Shown here: piece by piece, positions 1 to 10,154 of the stretch
Numbering within the stretch: position 1 is the stretch's first letter
Layout of the letters: each line of letters opens with the position of its first letter
Source: Botryllus schlosseri
Taxonomy: Eukaryota
Reading direction: 5' to 3'
Assembly (NCBI GenBank): GCA_051294905.1
Contig: CM119371.1
Coordinates: 7,874,001 to 7,938,000, forward strand
Length of the DNA stretch: 64,000 bases
Translations under genes and position numbers: made by a program
The notes under the pieces: model-generated
What the model saw: the letters and a program-made list of their open reading frames with translations, nothing else
What the model was told of the DNA's origin: nothing
Database searches by the model: none

Positions 1-255
1 GTTATTGTATCTTCTAGAAAGGTTAGTGCGAATAGGCCAAGAATGGTCGGTCGTTGTCAAAGATCAAATATGATCGCAAGGCGATTTGAGTGGCTGCAGG
101 ATACATCGAAATTTGAACCTAAATTTTCTGGCCAAAAGCAGTGGGGAAGTGACAATTGAAATTGGTCGCATTATATTGTGATTAGGAAAATAAATGAGTT
201 GTCGTATTTAGTGACAAAGCTATGCGAATTGGAGCATAATTTTGCGATTCAGAAT
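1..255 (+). pseudogene. Decayed C-terminal (GPY/F) part of a Gypsy-type integrase
   Basis: Frame 1 reads WLQDTSKFEPKFSG (to 132) and YIVIRKINELSYLV (172-213), resembling the K-x-x-P-K-F/W-x-G-P-Y-x-V...Y-x-V motif. It is interrupted by a short insertion and a TGA at 157. Confidence 0.4.
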
Positions 256-929
256 ATTTGAAAGCTCGAGATTTGATCCGTGGGTTATTGGCGCCACTAT
301 GCGGCTGGTCTAAGCCAAGCAAAAATGTACGTAATCAAAATGGCGCAAAATCGCGCTTGTAAAATGGCGCATTTAGTTTTTTAACTACATGCCATGTAAC
401 CATTTGATTTATGTCACTTTTAGCTTTAATATCAAGTTTTGAAAATGAATGAATACCTACTGTAATGTCCGAGTTAGATTGAATCAATGAAATAAAATAG
501 ATTGGTGTACAGCCCGCAGCCTTTTGTGTAGTGCTCGTGGAGAGACCGTTGACGGTGGACCGCGAGCAGGAATTTTTGATGTATGAGGGTCGTAGCTTAT
601 TAATTAGAATATACAGACAGCCGAACATCTAGGAATATACAGTAACTAATTTGCTAGGTAGTAAGCGCGCATCTAATCAGTACTTCCTCAATTTGCGTGC
701 CGCACAGAAGGTCACGAGCCCGAAGATTTAACCTAATCTTTGGGATTTTCGCGTAAATACTGATCAAATACGCCCATCCGAGGCTAGTTATTATTTATTG
801 TGCAGATTAAGAGTTATCAAATTTTCCATTGTCAATCTTAGAAAATGGCGTCGCGAGCTTTGTGTTGAGGCTCTATCTTGTACGCTGACAGTTCACGATT
901 ATTTAATGGCGAGCCGTGTCTGCAAAGAA

Positions 930-2256
930 AGTTGGTGAATTGTTGTTGTGATAAAACAGGAGGGATAAGGTTCAATGAAAACTCGTTACTATACACAAAA
1001 GATAGAAAACAAATCACGCAATAGTTAAAAGCTAGGAATATGCTTCACGCAAGGCCTGGTCATCAGTCAGATATACGGCCTGATCAATAGCAATAACAAT
1101 ATCCATGGGTTAGTATTCAATCCGCAAAATAATTTAGTTTAATAATGAATGAACAGCCACAAAGTAGATTGTAGCATAATAAAACTTCGCTCAAATTGAG
1201 GTACGAATGATTGACAGTGAAATTTGAAGACTTGTATTGCACGACGCGGTGTGTTGACATTGACTTTTTCCGCAAAGAGGGGTAATCTTTTAAAAATCAG
1301 GTATATGAACTATACGATGGTGTTCAGATTGTAATTGCTATAAACCAGATTATAATTACGGCACTCCATGACCATAAATTGAACGGAGGGCTAGGCTCTA
1401 AAGGGCCAGAATCATTTCACGAATTAGTATTGATTATGGATAGTGACTTTGGAAACTTGAACAACTTTTCCTAAAAATTTTTGCGTAATGAATAATTCTT
1501 AGCCGTCAAATATTTCAGATGCGCAATAATTGTAGCAATGAGCATGTCGTCATTGGACATTGCTGCGCCACAGTTCACCAAGGCTCGTCAAAATAAATAG
1601 AATCTTCCTGTTGGTTACTTGGAAAATTAATGACACATGGGCTTATTGCATTTCCACAGGCCTGGTATATATAGGGCTCAGCAACTACAATACATCTCTT
1701 TGTTGGTACAATTGTGGCCATGACAAGTGCTGAGGCCATGGAGCCCTCTGTTCTAGATGAACAGATTTGGACTGGAAAGTGGATTGTTGTTATAAAAAAT
1801 ATAGATAATATTCTCAAATCATGCCAAACATCGCCTGAAGCAGAAGATAGTGATTCCGAAAAGTAGGAAAATGAGGAGAGTAAACAAGGAATTGACGAGG
1901 CAACCTTGAAAAGCTATTTCGAAAGGAATCCTTCGATTTGGGGAGACAATACTGATTCGGAATTAGATCTCACAGACTCGGATGAAAGTTTGAGTATCTC
2001 GTCGGATACTGACTCTGGAAACGATGTTATAGAATCCTATCTTTTCCCACATCATGAATTAAGACCTTATCCAAATTCCGAGTCCGGTGATTTGACAGAC
2101 TCGGATGAGAGTCCGAATACCCTACCCGATACTGACTCTGGAGTCAATAGTAGCGATTCCGATCTACCCTCAGATCATGAACAGTTACGACCTCTTGACG
2201 AAGCAACTCTCAGGCGCCTTGATAGAATATTTTGGCGCCCCTGGAATAACGAGTAG
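930..2256 (+). pseudogene. Heavily decayed integrase-like ORF with acidic C-terminal tail
   Basis: Collinear motif remnants across stops and frameshifts: FNENSLLY, LHARPGH (1046-1063, HH of HHCC), YPW, VDIDFFRK, GPESFH...DSDFG, IWTGKWIVV (GPY-like), then the acidic ORF 1720-2256 with an in-frame TAG at 1864. No CxxC or clear catalytic E was found. Confidence 0.3.
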
Positions 2257-2400
2257 AATTGTAAAGCTATGCGATCAAAATTTACAAATTGATGTGATCA
2301 GCAAAATCTTAAGTGTGATGTGTTATGTTTTCTGTGACTCATGGTGAAACAATTACATATTATGGACGACTGTGTTTTCGTTTGAAAAAAGGAATCCTTG

Positions 2401-2863
2401 TGTAACCATGGAATAAGGACAGGTTATTCAGTAGATTTTAAGATAGAGAACAATTAGGCTGGTAGGTGATACAAAATAAAAGTTTGGTTTAATCAAGGCT
2501 GGTTAACCTTTTCAGTCTGAGGGTCACATTTGATTGACGAAATACTGCGCAGGCTATTACCGCGCGAAGCGCGAAAAAACTTTAGAAGTTCATAGGTCAA
2601 TGATATTGTAACTTGGCCGTGTTGCGGGCTTACCGTATATCGCTGGGCTAAGTTTACGGGAAATAGGCTATTCGGCACATGGACATATAGATAACGAAAG
2701 CTGCGACCAACATGCGTCAATCTTTCCGTGCCTAGGTTTCATGGTCAGCGGTATTACTGTGAACGCAAACGCAAGGTCACACATGTTCAACGGCACTTTG
2801 CCCCGTAATTGCGAGTATGGTTAGGCTCAATCTAAATAAATTGGCTGTTTATCCATGGTCACA
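2401..2863 (+). repeat. Candidate 3' LTR of the decayed element, or a MITE
   Basis: TGT...ACA ends with an imperfect 15-bp inverted repeat (tgtaaccatggaataa / ttatccatggtcaca). AATAAA lies about 25 nt before the end and a purine run (gaaaaaagga) just upstream. No TSD seen. Confidence 0.25.
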
Positions 2864-3389
2864 AAAATTCAGCAGCAATATTAAAAAACAAGGAATCGTG
2901 TGACAAAATGTTGCGTTAAGCTTGTAGAAAATTTTACTTTTGATGAATCTGGAGCAAACTACTTTGCTTTATTGTAATGTGCAAAAATATACCATTATGT
3001 GACTGGCTGACGGATCTGCCAATACGTCGGAATAGATATTTTAGTCATCACATCTCAAGTGTTGCAGCCAAACAAATATAATTTTTGCTTGACCTTGCAA
3101 GTTCACAATCAGTGCAATCCATTCTTGATATTTGAAATTTCGGAAATTACCTCGTGGGCCACGGATTAGCTGGCCCTGAGTTAAGGAAATTAGGAACTGA
3201 TAGGTTGTCAAGTGGCCAGAGATGACACTTTTTCTGGTAAAGGAATAATTAACCCCAAATAGGATTAATAAAGAGTTAGCAAAAGTCAGTGTTTGGAATA
3301 TCATTAACGATATCTTACAATAATCTCGGCTGAAAGAAACATTATTATTTTTTAAGGTGTAAAAATAACACGGTGTCGTAAATTAAATT

Positions 3390-3896
3390 ATGTCTGCATC
3401 AATAACTAAAGAACAATTATGGGAGCTATCTATTGAAAATATCGAACTATGGTATGAGGAACTTCGAGGGGTGAAAAAGACAGAGAGATTACAACGATGG
3501 AATGATTTTTTCGAAGACATTAAGAACAAAACTAGACATCATGCTGAAACCTTCTTCGAAGGAATGACAGTGAGCAATGAAAAGGTCAAAGAATGGCCAT
3601 GGCGAAATGACTATCGTAGAAAACATTTGAAAAATCGAAAGGTAGCAAAAGTAAAACCATACTTGCTAATAAAAACTGCCTCAAACAAACAGAATCGGAG
3701 TGCAGAAATAAGAGAAAGCTCTTCGACATCGTTAAGTAATACTCTTTTGACATCATCTGCAACAAACAATGACGCACCGCCTAATAACAATATCATGTCA
3801 AATGGAACTTATGCATCTTTTGGTAGTATAATGTTTTCGCAACAATCATCTTTTTATCAGTCTCGACCTACAACATCGCATCGCACTAACGAATAA
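3390..3896 (+). CDS. Orphan cargo protein (168 aa), W-rich helical N-terminus and S/T/N-rich tail
   Basis: ATG-initiated intact ORF, co-oriented with the cassette; no recognisable family. Confidence 0.65.
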   Translation: MSASITKEQLWELSIENIELWYEELRGVKKTERLQRWNDFFEDIKNKTRHHAETFFEGMTVSNEKVKEWPWRNDYRRKHLKNRKVAKVKPYLLIKTASNKQNRSAEIRESSSTSLSNTLLTSSATNNDAPPNNNIMSNGTYASFGSIMFSQQSSFYQSRPTTSHRTNE

Positions 3897-4019
3897 TGAA
3901 ATTTGGTAATGATGTGACTATTATCGAGTTAATAGACTGTATATATTATGAATGAATATAAATAAAAAAAAAATTGTATTGTGTTAAGATCATAAATATT
4001 GAAATAATTAAAGAAAGAA

Positions 4020-4880
4020 ATGTGTTACGGGCTATTGTGCAGTCCTAATACGGATCACAGGGTTGTCTACGAGTGGGCAAAGCAGTACGATCTTACGTAT
4101 AGGCAGCAGATGGTAATGGAAACCATAAAAACTGCGCCGGTTCGGGATCGTTTGATGAGCCTTTTGTTCGGAACTTGTGAGCGGGACAATCCAAGGGTAC
4201 AATATTGGCAACAATGTATGTACACCAAGGAGGACTGGACAAAGCTAGGAAAGCCTTTTCACCCGGTTGGGAATAGTGAATGCAAACAATGTTACCTTAT
4301 GAAGCACGTAAGACCGTATTTCAAGAATACCAGGCAGATTTTGGAACTTATGAATTTATGTCACGCCTATTTAATAGAAGCTTGTAGTATGCACAAAGGA
4401 CTAGATCAAAACACCGAAAGAGATAAAGGACATATAGTGCTTTATGTGTTATATCCAGAAGCAATAATAACCGCCATAGCTCTCCTGTTACAACAATATC
4501 GGGGGGCAAAAAACATGCGAACATTTTGTTTTACAAGATGTCGGATGGATGCAGAATATGAGTTCCTATTCGGGGGAAATCTTGAACAATGGAGGTTTAC
4601 ATACGGGTCCACAAACACGTTTGGTTATGTGGGAGGCGTTTTTATTCTACCGATTGACCAACTGTCGGAATCATCTTTTGAAAACTCGTTAAAACAAGAG
4701 GGAGACAAACAAATAGCCAAAAATACCAATTCGGAAACTACATCGGCGTTTAATATTGAGCCTTCGACCAGTAGAGAAAGTAGGCTTCCGAACGGACTAG
4801 GGGCTCCGACCCGAATGGTAGCTTTACGGAGACCCAGTTTAGACGGAACCCGTGCTGTTTCTGGTGTTAATATGGGCTGA
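4020..4880 (+). CDS. Orphan cargo protein (286 aa), family A, Cys/His-containing
   Basis: Long intact ORF; shares NPRxxYWxQ and ERD...(Y/F)PE..I.A(I/L)A with the ORF at 8245. Confidence 0.75.
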   Translation: MCYGLLCSPNTDHRVVYEWAKQYDLTYRQQMVMETIKTAPVRDRLMSLLFGTCERDNPRVQYWQQCMYTKEDWTKLGKPFHPVGNSECKQCYLMKHVRPYFKNTRQILELMNLCHAYLIEACSMHKGLDQNTERDKGHIVLYVLYPEAIITAIALLLQQYRGAKNMRTFCFTRCRMDAEYEFLFGGNLEQWRFTYGSTNTFGYVGGVFILPIDQLSESSFENSLKQEGDKQIAKNTNSETTSAFNIEPSTSRESRLPNGLGAPTRMVALRRPSLDGTRAVSGVNMG

Positions 4881-6109
4881 CTCTAAAATGAGCTACTAAT
4901 AAATTGATCTAGAACTGTTTTCAGAAATACGATACATACGTAATATGGAATTATGGGATAGGTTGATCGGACTTTTAGGGATAGCCTTTAAGACAAGCCG
5001 CAATAACTAAATTATTAGTAATGACTGGTAATGGTTTAGGACAAATTTAATTCGGCACCATTACCTAATGTCAAACTAAACGGAGGAAAAAGTATAGAAG
5101 CCGGTTATAGTGAAACTTGAGATTAGCAAAAGTGGAAACTATATACCTGTATTTTGCGATATATATATACTCAGTTATTAATACAGTTTCCCTTTTTATT
5201 AAAAGATTCCGATACATTGATCAATCGCTGGGATTGTTCCCACTATCAACTCCCCTAGAATGACATCCCGGGGACTAAGAAACTTGAATAATTGAATGCG
5301 AGATCGACCTATATTTGTTGCAAAAATTTTTTAAATTCGAGAAGAACTTGTTATTGAAAATTTTAAAGAATTGTACGGTGTTTGTTTCCTATAATATTGA
5401 ATGTTATGTACGTTTTTTCGGCTGCAATTTTTGTGTTGAGCTTTAGTCTGTAATGGCCCCAGACCACCTATCCTATCACAAATCATCTCATGTTCATACT
5501 TAAATGATGTGCTAATCGAATTAATACTTTATAAATGCTGACGTGAGTTTAATTTTTTCCGTTTCACCAACAATTGTCGCTCTGCCAAGATCTCTTTGTA
5601 TGAGCCTCACACCAATTTGCTGCTATTTGATTTATTGTTGTTATTACAATATTTTTCTGATTATGTAAATTCTTTATTGCACTGTACATAACATGCGTAA
5701 TAATTGACTTAACCTCTAGTCTTTTATCCAATACTTGATTATGTAATAGTTTTGTAAAATAACATTGTGCAAATTACTCACATTCCTGTCTCATGGCACC
5801 CTTCTTCTGATGGCCTCTGAGATGTAGTTGTGTAATACTTGTTATGAACAACTCTGTATAACTGACCCTAGAATTGAGTTTTTTTTCATCCAGAGATACT
5901 CATGTCTAAATATATTTCATGGAAGGGAAGGCAGGAATGATGAGTAATATTACCTTTTAATAATGTTTCAATTGATATGTTGTATAACTTTCCCCACTAA
6001 AAAAATATTTAAAATAAATAAAATGTCGGAATATGTCTATAAACCATAAAAATTGACTAAATAAAATCTTAATAAGAAAAAAAATTACAAAATACTTAAA
6101 ATCCCTTGT

Positions 6110-6123
6110 GGGGGGGGGAGAGG
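6110..6123 (+). promoter_or_regulatory. Candidate polypurine tract (plus-strand primer)
   Basis: GGGGGGGGGAGAGG in an otherwise very AT-rich spacer, followed by the inverted repeat CCCAATA-AG-TATTGGG (6131-6146). Confidence 0.4.
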
Positions 6124-6239
6124 TTTATTGCCCAATAAGTATTGGGTGATTAATGGATTGACAAATGTCTTAACGAGTATGGAGTATACCTTATAAGTTA
6201 TGAATGAAAAGTAAAAGTATTACATGAATCTCGAAAAAA

Positions 6240-6863
6240 TTGTCATATCCTGAAAATGGTAAATTGTTAAAATGTCGATGCAGGAATGAAAAGAAAATGT
6301 TAGATTTTGATTATATTGAAGGGTACAATCCATTGAATTGGTGTCTTTTGTACGATGTATATGATGAGTTGGATCTATTGAATCTGAAAGAATACGACAG
6401 CAATTATGAGAGATACCAGTTAAAAGAAAGAGTATGGGAATTGCTTACGGACCGAGTTGATTGGGTTAAACAAACAGACAATGGCCTAGTAGAGGCAGCC
6501 CTAGATGAGGAAATAACCTCAGAAATTTTTGATACGTTCAATCATGTGGTAGAAGAGATATTGGAAATAAGAGCGAAGGAATACATCTCTTTGGGAAGAA
6601 GAGTCATGTTGTATGAATTGATCAGAGGACTTGTGATGAAACTTACAAATACTAATATAACAAAGGATGTGTACCAGGAGAGAGACTATTGTAAAGATCC
6701 GCCACATATGGAACAATGGAATTGTCAGAATAATTTGGGAATAAAAGGCTATTCAAGTTCAATACATCGGCGAACAAAAAGGATAAGGTGTATCGAAATA
6801 CATCCTTACCCCTACGAAGGGGAAAGTGTGAACATTGACTCTATAATACCAGAACAATCATGA
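6240..6863 (+). CDS. Orphan cargo protein (about 190-210 aa), acidic helical
   Basis: Open frame. First in-frame ATG is at 6297; an ATG at 6224 would be in frame if the A6 run lost one base. Confidence 0.7.
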   Translation: MSYPENGKLLKCRCRNEKKMLDFDYIEGYNPLNWCLLYDVYDELDLLNLKEYDSNYERYQLKERVWELLTDRVDWVKQTDNGLVEAALDEEITSEIFDTFNHVVEEILEIRAKEYISLGRRVMLYELIRGLVMKLTNTNITKDVYQERDYCKDPPHMEQWNCQNNLGIKGYSSSIHRRTKRIRCIEIHPYPYEGESVNIDSIIPEQS

Positions 6864-6950
6864 GTAATGATAACGAATGTAAATAAGATTTTGACTTACA
6901 AAAGACACTTTTTCCGAAGGTATAAAGTAACAAAGTGTGTTATCTAATTC

Positions 6951-8000
6951 ATGAGTAAAATGAAACGAGTGGAACTACTAGTATTATGGCTGGGCATGTG
7001 TTATGCTATTTATCCGGAAATAATAGAACAAAAGAAGTGTACCACCTATGAAAGACGAACAATATTATACCCGGAATGCATGCAAGGAAGTAATTTGGTA
7101 CTTTGGTGTGACCATTCGAGTTATACAAGAATTCCGGATCCTGATAAGATATACCTGGCAAAATCTTGTCGGAATACCGTAAAGATATTCATCAACGACA
7201 GCTGCCTACGGGAAATAACCAAAGAACAATTGGAAAAATATAAAGACTTAGAGGTGTTGCATTGTGGTTGGAATAAAATCCAAACAATACCAGGAGGTGT
7301 CTTCTGCAAAAATGAAAAGCTTAGGGAGATAAACTTGAAACGAAACTACATCACAAGAATACAAAATGAAAGCTTTTCAGGCCTACACCGACTGGAAGAA
7401 CTGTACATGAGTAGCAATTTGTTGGAAGAGATTGAAGGATCAACATTTGCAAGTCTGAGAAACTTACGAAGGTTATATTTGGATAACAATTTAATAAAGA
7501 GACTAAAGAACGGAACATTCATTCACTTGCATCGTTTAAGAATACTGGATTTATCAAGAAACGCAATAAACGTTATAGAAGAAGGGGCGTTCAAAGGACT
7601 GAGGAAACTGGAAACTTTACATTTGGATGAAAATAGACTGGTTGAATTTGATATGACAATACTTGAATCTTTATGTAATTTAGAGAGATTAACGTTGTAC
7701 TATAATAACTTGCAATATTTTTCTCTGTCCTCCAACATATCGTTCAAATATCTACATACTATTGATCTTAGTTATAATCATGTTCAATTTCTTAGTGATC
7801 TTATATTGAGAAAATTACCAGATTTGGAGGTTTTGAAATTAAATGGAAATAATAATGAAACGTCTACCAAAAGACCCTATGTCCGTAAACAATCAAGATT
7901 ATATTATGATGAAATGAAAAGTCTCTCTAATCATGTGACTATACATTCAAAATGGATATTTGCCATTATTGTTGGGTTAACCACTATGGAACTAATGTAA
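6951..8000 (+). CDS. Secreted or GPI-anchored leucine-rich-repeat protein (Toll/VLR-ectodomain-like)
   Basis: Signal peptide (MKRVELLVLWLGMCYA), Cys-containing LRRNT, nine 24-aa LxxLxLxxNxI repeats, no LRRCT or TIR, hydrophobic C-terminal tail (WIFAIIVGLTTMELM). Intronless. Confidence 0.9.
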   Translation: MSKMKRVELLVLWLGMCYAIYPEIIEQKKCTTYERRTILYPECMQGSNLVLWCDHSSYTRIPDPDKIYLAKSCRNTVKIFINDSCLREITKEQLEKYKDLEVLHCGWNKIQTIPGGVFCKNEKLREINLKRNYITRIQNESFSGLHRLEELYMSSNLLEEIEGSTFASLRNLRRLYLDNNLIKRLKNGTFIHLHRLRILDLSRNAINVIEEGAFKGLRKLETLHLDENRLVEFDMTILESLCNLERLTLYYNNLQYFSLSSNISFKYLHTIDLSYNHVQFLSDLILRKLPDLEVLKLNGNNNETSTKRPYVRKQSRLYYDEMKSLSNHVTIHSKWIFAIIVGLTTMELM

Positions 8001-8244
8001 AATTTTTATGATAAATTAAAATTCAGTGAGGAATTTTAATATGGAACTATGTAAATGGCCTTATATATTTTGTATAAAGGAATTACTAAAAAGTATCAAA
8101 ATGTGTTTGGGATTGCGTTGCGATGATCCGGAAATACAACATTCGACATGGATACCCAAAAAAGAAACACTAATAGATAAATGATTAAAGTCGCTGAAGT
8201 TTCTGTTGACAACATATACATTAACGGACCACTTATGCGATATA

Positions 8245-8607
8245 ATGTACGACGAATTAAATCCTCGCCTATTATATTGGAAACAAAAGTATGGTTTTAC
8301 TACGTGTAACAATCATTGGCCTGGGAAACATCTGGTTGAAGATGAGTGGGAAGAAACTTATACAGGAAGCATTTATCCTGAAAAACCTATACAAATGGCT
8401 TTTGCAGAAATCTGCATAAATTGGGTAACAATTTTGAAAAGAGTAAATCCTGAAATGAGGGAATTTCTAAAAAAAGGGGATTCTGAAAGAGATCTCATAA
8501 TGTGGATAATCTTTCCGGAAGTTCAGATTTACGCGTTGGCAAGGACGCAGGAAATATCATTAAAGGAAGCTGATTGCCGATTTATGACTTTGAAAGTGCC
8601 TGCATGA
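8245..8607 (+). CDS. Orphan cargo protein (120 aa), family A paralog
   Basis: First ATG at 8245 (ORF track starts at 8206). Motifs NPRLLYWKQ and ERDLIMWIIFPE are collinear with ORF 4020. Confidence 0.7.
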   Translation: MYDELNPRLLYWKQKYGFTTCNNHWPGKHLVEDEWEETYTGSIYPEKPIQMAFAEICINWVTILKRVNPEMREFLKKGDSERDLIMWIIFPEVQIYALARTQEISLKEADCRFMTLKVPA

Positions 8608-8676
8608 AACTTACCCTTCCAATGTTTATGTATGCAGAAACTACTTTTGAAAAAGACAATTAAGTTTTAAATAAAG

Positions 8677-9624
8677 ATGAAGATTAAAGAACCCAGAAAA
8701 AGAAGAAATTTGTTCAATCTTGCTCGATGTGGTATAATATCAAGTGACCGAAAATGTATAAAGTTTCTGCGATCACGGCAACTCCTTGTTCGAAAGGCAA
8801 CATGTTTTAAATGTGGACAACAAATGATTGAAGAAAAATGCAAAAGAACTATGGATGGATATAGATGGAGGTGTCCGATTTCAAAGTGTCGGACTACCAC
8901 GTCCATAAGGAAAAGATCGCTATTTGAAGGAAGCAAAATAAGACTCACTAAACTTGTAATGATGATTTATCTTTGGACCATTGATGTATCTCAACGACAA
9001 ATAGCTTTTGAAGCACACGTCAGCAAGAGAACAATGGTGAATTGGACCAAGAAACTTCGTAAGATATGCTCTGGTGAGATGGAAAGAAGAGGTACCATAA
9101 TAGGGGGAATATCACAAGGTAAATCACATGTAATTCAAATTGATGAAACGTTTGTGGCCAAAAGAAAATTTAATCGTGGAAGGATAATACGTCAACGCTG
9201 GGTTTTGGCTGGAATAGATATGGAAACGCGAGAAATGTTTGCAGAATTGGTACCTGAAGAAGGGCGAAAAACCTCGGTATTATCAGAAATAATTAGGAGA
9301 CACGTTAAAGAGGGATCTACTATATGGACTGATTCATTTGCCAGTTACCGCAAGTTGGAAAGTCTGGGGATGAATTATAAACATTCAATAGTTAATCATG
9401 ATCGCGAATTTGTTACTTCAGAAGGTATAAATACACAATTAATCGAGGTGTCTTGGAATTTTTTCAAAGCTGCTATTAGAAGACTGAATGGGGTATCAAG
9501 ACCACTGATTCCCCATTACTTACAGGAGTGGCTTTGGAAAAGAAGAGTGGCTTTGGAAGAAAGATTTCAGCGATTTCTGGAGATAATTGTCCTTGATCCC
9601 AATTTCCGGAGGTTGGAACATTAA
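8677..9624 (+). CDS. Merlin/ISXO2 (IS1595-like) DDE transposase, intact
   Basis: N-terminal CFKC...YRWRC...C zinc motif, SIR.GS.FE, catalytic QIDET, WTDS..SY..L, H..VNH, NTQ.IE.SW and HYLQEWLW. All match the Merlin pattern. Confidence 0.92.
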   Translation: MKIKEPRKRRNLFNLARCGIISSDRKCIKFLRSRQLLVRKATCFKCGQQMIEEKCKRTMDGYRWRCPISKCRTTTSIRKRSLFEGSKIRLTKLVMMIYLWTIDVSQRQIAFEAHVSKRTMVNWTKKLRKICSGEMERRGTIIGGISQGKSHVIQIDETFVAKRKFNRGRIIRQRWVLAGIDMETREMFAELVPEEGRKTSVLSEIIRRHVKEGSTIWTDSFASYRKLESLGMNYKHSIVNHDREFVTSEGINTQLIEVSWNFFKAAIRRLNGVSRPLIPHYLQEWLWKRRVALEERFQRFLEIIVLDPNFRRLEH

Positions 9625-9667
9625 AAACAACATTTGTCCTTATGAGTAATATCATCTGATATGAGTA

Positions 9668-10093
9668 ATGGGCTATACAAGGTTGTTGGTATGTGCAAAT
9701 AGTTTTGTTTATGTTAAGTTTAGACCGTGTCCATACCATACGATACCTGACAGCAGAGTTGCTTGGCTAAGGATGGTGATTGTACATGAACGAATAGAAG
9801 AAAAAATAGAAAACTTTCCAACTCTGACAGCCAATGACATGGAATACGTATTGAAGGATTTTCTTGTCTGGTTATACCGGGACCATGAGGTGGCGGAACA
9901 ATTGAAATGCGCTAAAAGAGTACTGGAGCAAATTGTGGAAGAAAACTTTGGAGAAAGCCCTGCATACTATTTGTATGTATTTCTACGATATGTGTTGGCC
10001 ATAGCTAATGTTGATGAACATTGGAACATTACTAGCAGAACTATTGCCGGTTTTTCACGGGCAATGTATACTATGGATAAACGACTGAATTAG
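9668..10093 (+). CDS. Orphan cargo protein (up to 141 aa)
   Basis: ATG-initiated intact ORF starting 43 nt after the transposase stop; predicted helical. Confidence 0.65.
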   Translation: MGYTRLLVCANSFVYVKFRPCPYHTIPDSRVAWLRMVIVHERIEEKIENFPTLTANDMEYVLKDFLVWLYRDHEVAEQLKCAKRVLEQIVEENFGESPAYYLYVFLRYVLAIANVDEHWNITSRTIAGFSRAMYTMDKRLN

Positions 10094-10154
10094 TAATGTT
10101 TTCTTTTCTTTTTATGTGTATCAAGTATTGTTGGATAATATTAATCTACACCGA

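Noticed and set aside
719-744. 10-bp hairpin and nearby AAAATGGCG (YY1-like) motifs
   Set aside because: Isolated, no second copy or functional context.
8608-9667. Independent Merlin DNA transposon insertion
   Set aside because: No TIRs or TSD in the 69-nt and 43-nt spacers; distant TIRs were not found by eye but are not excluded.
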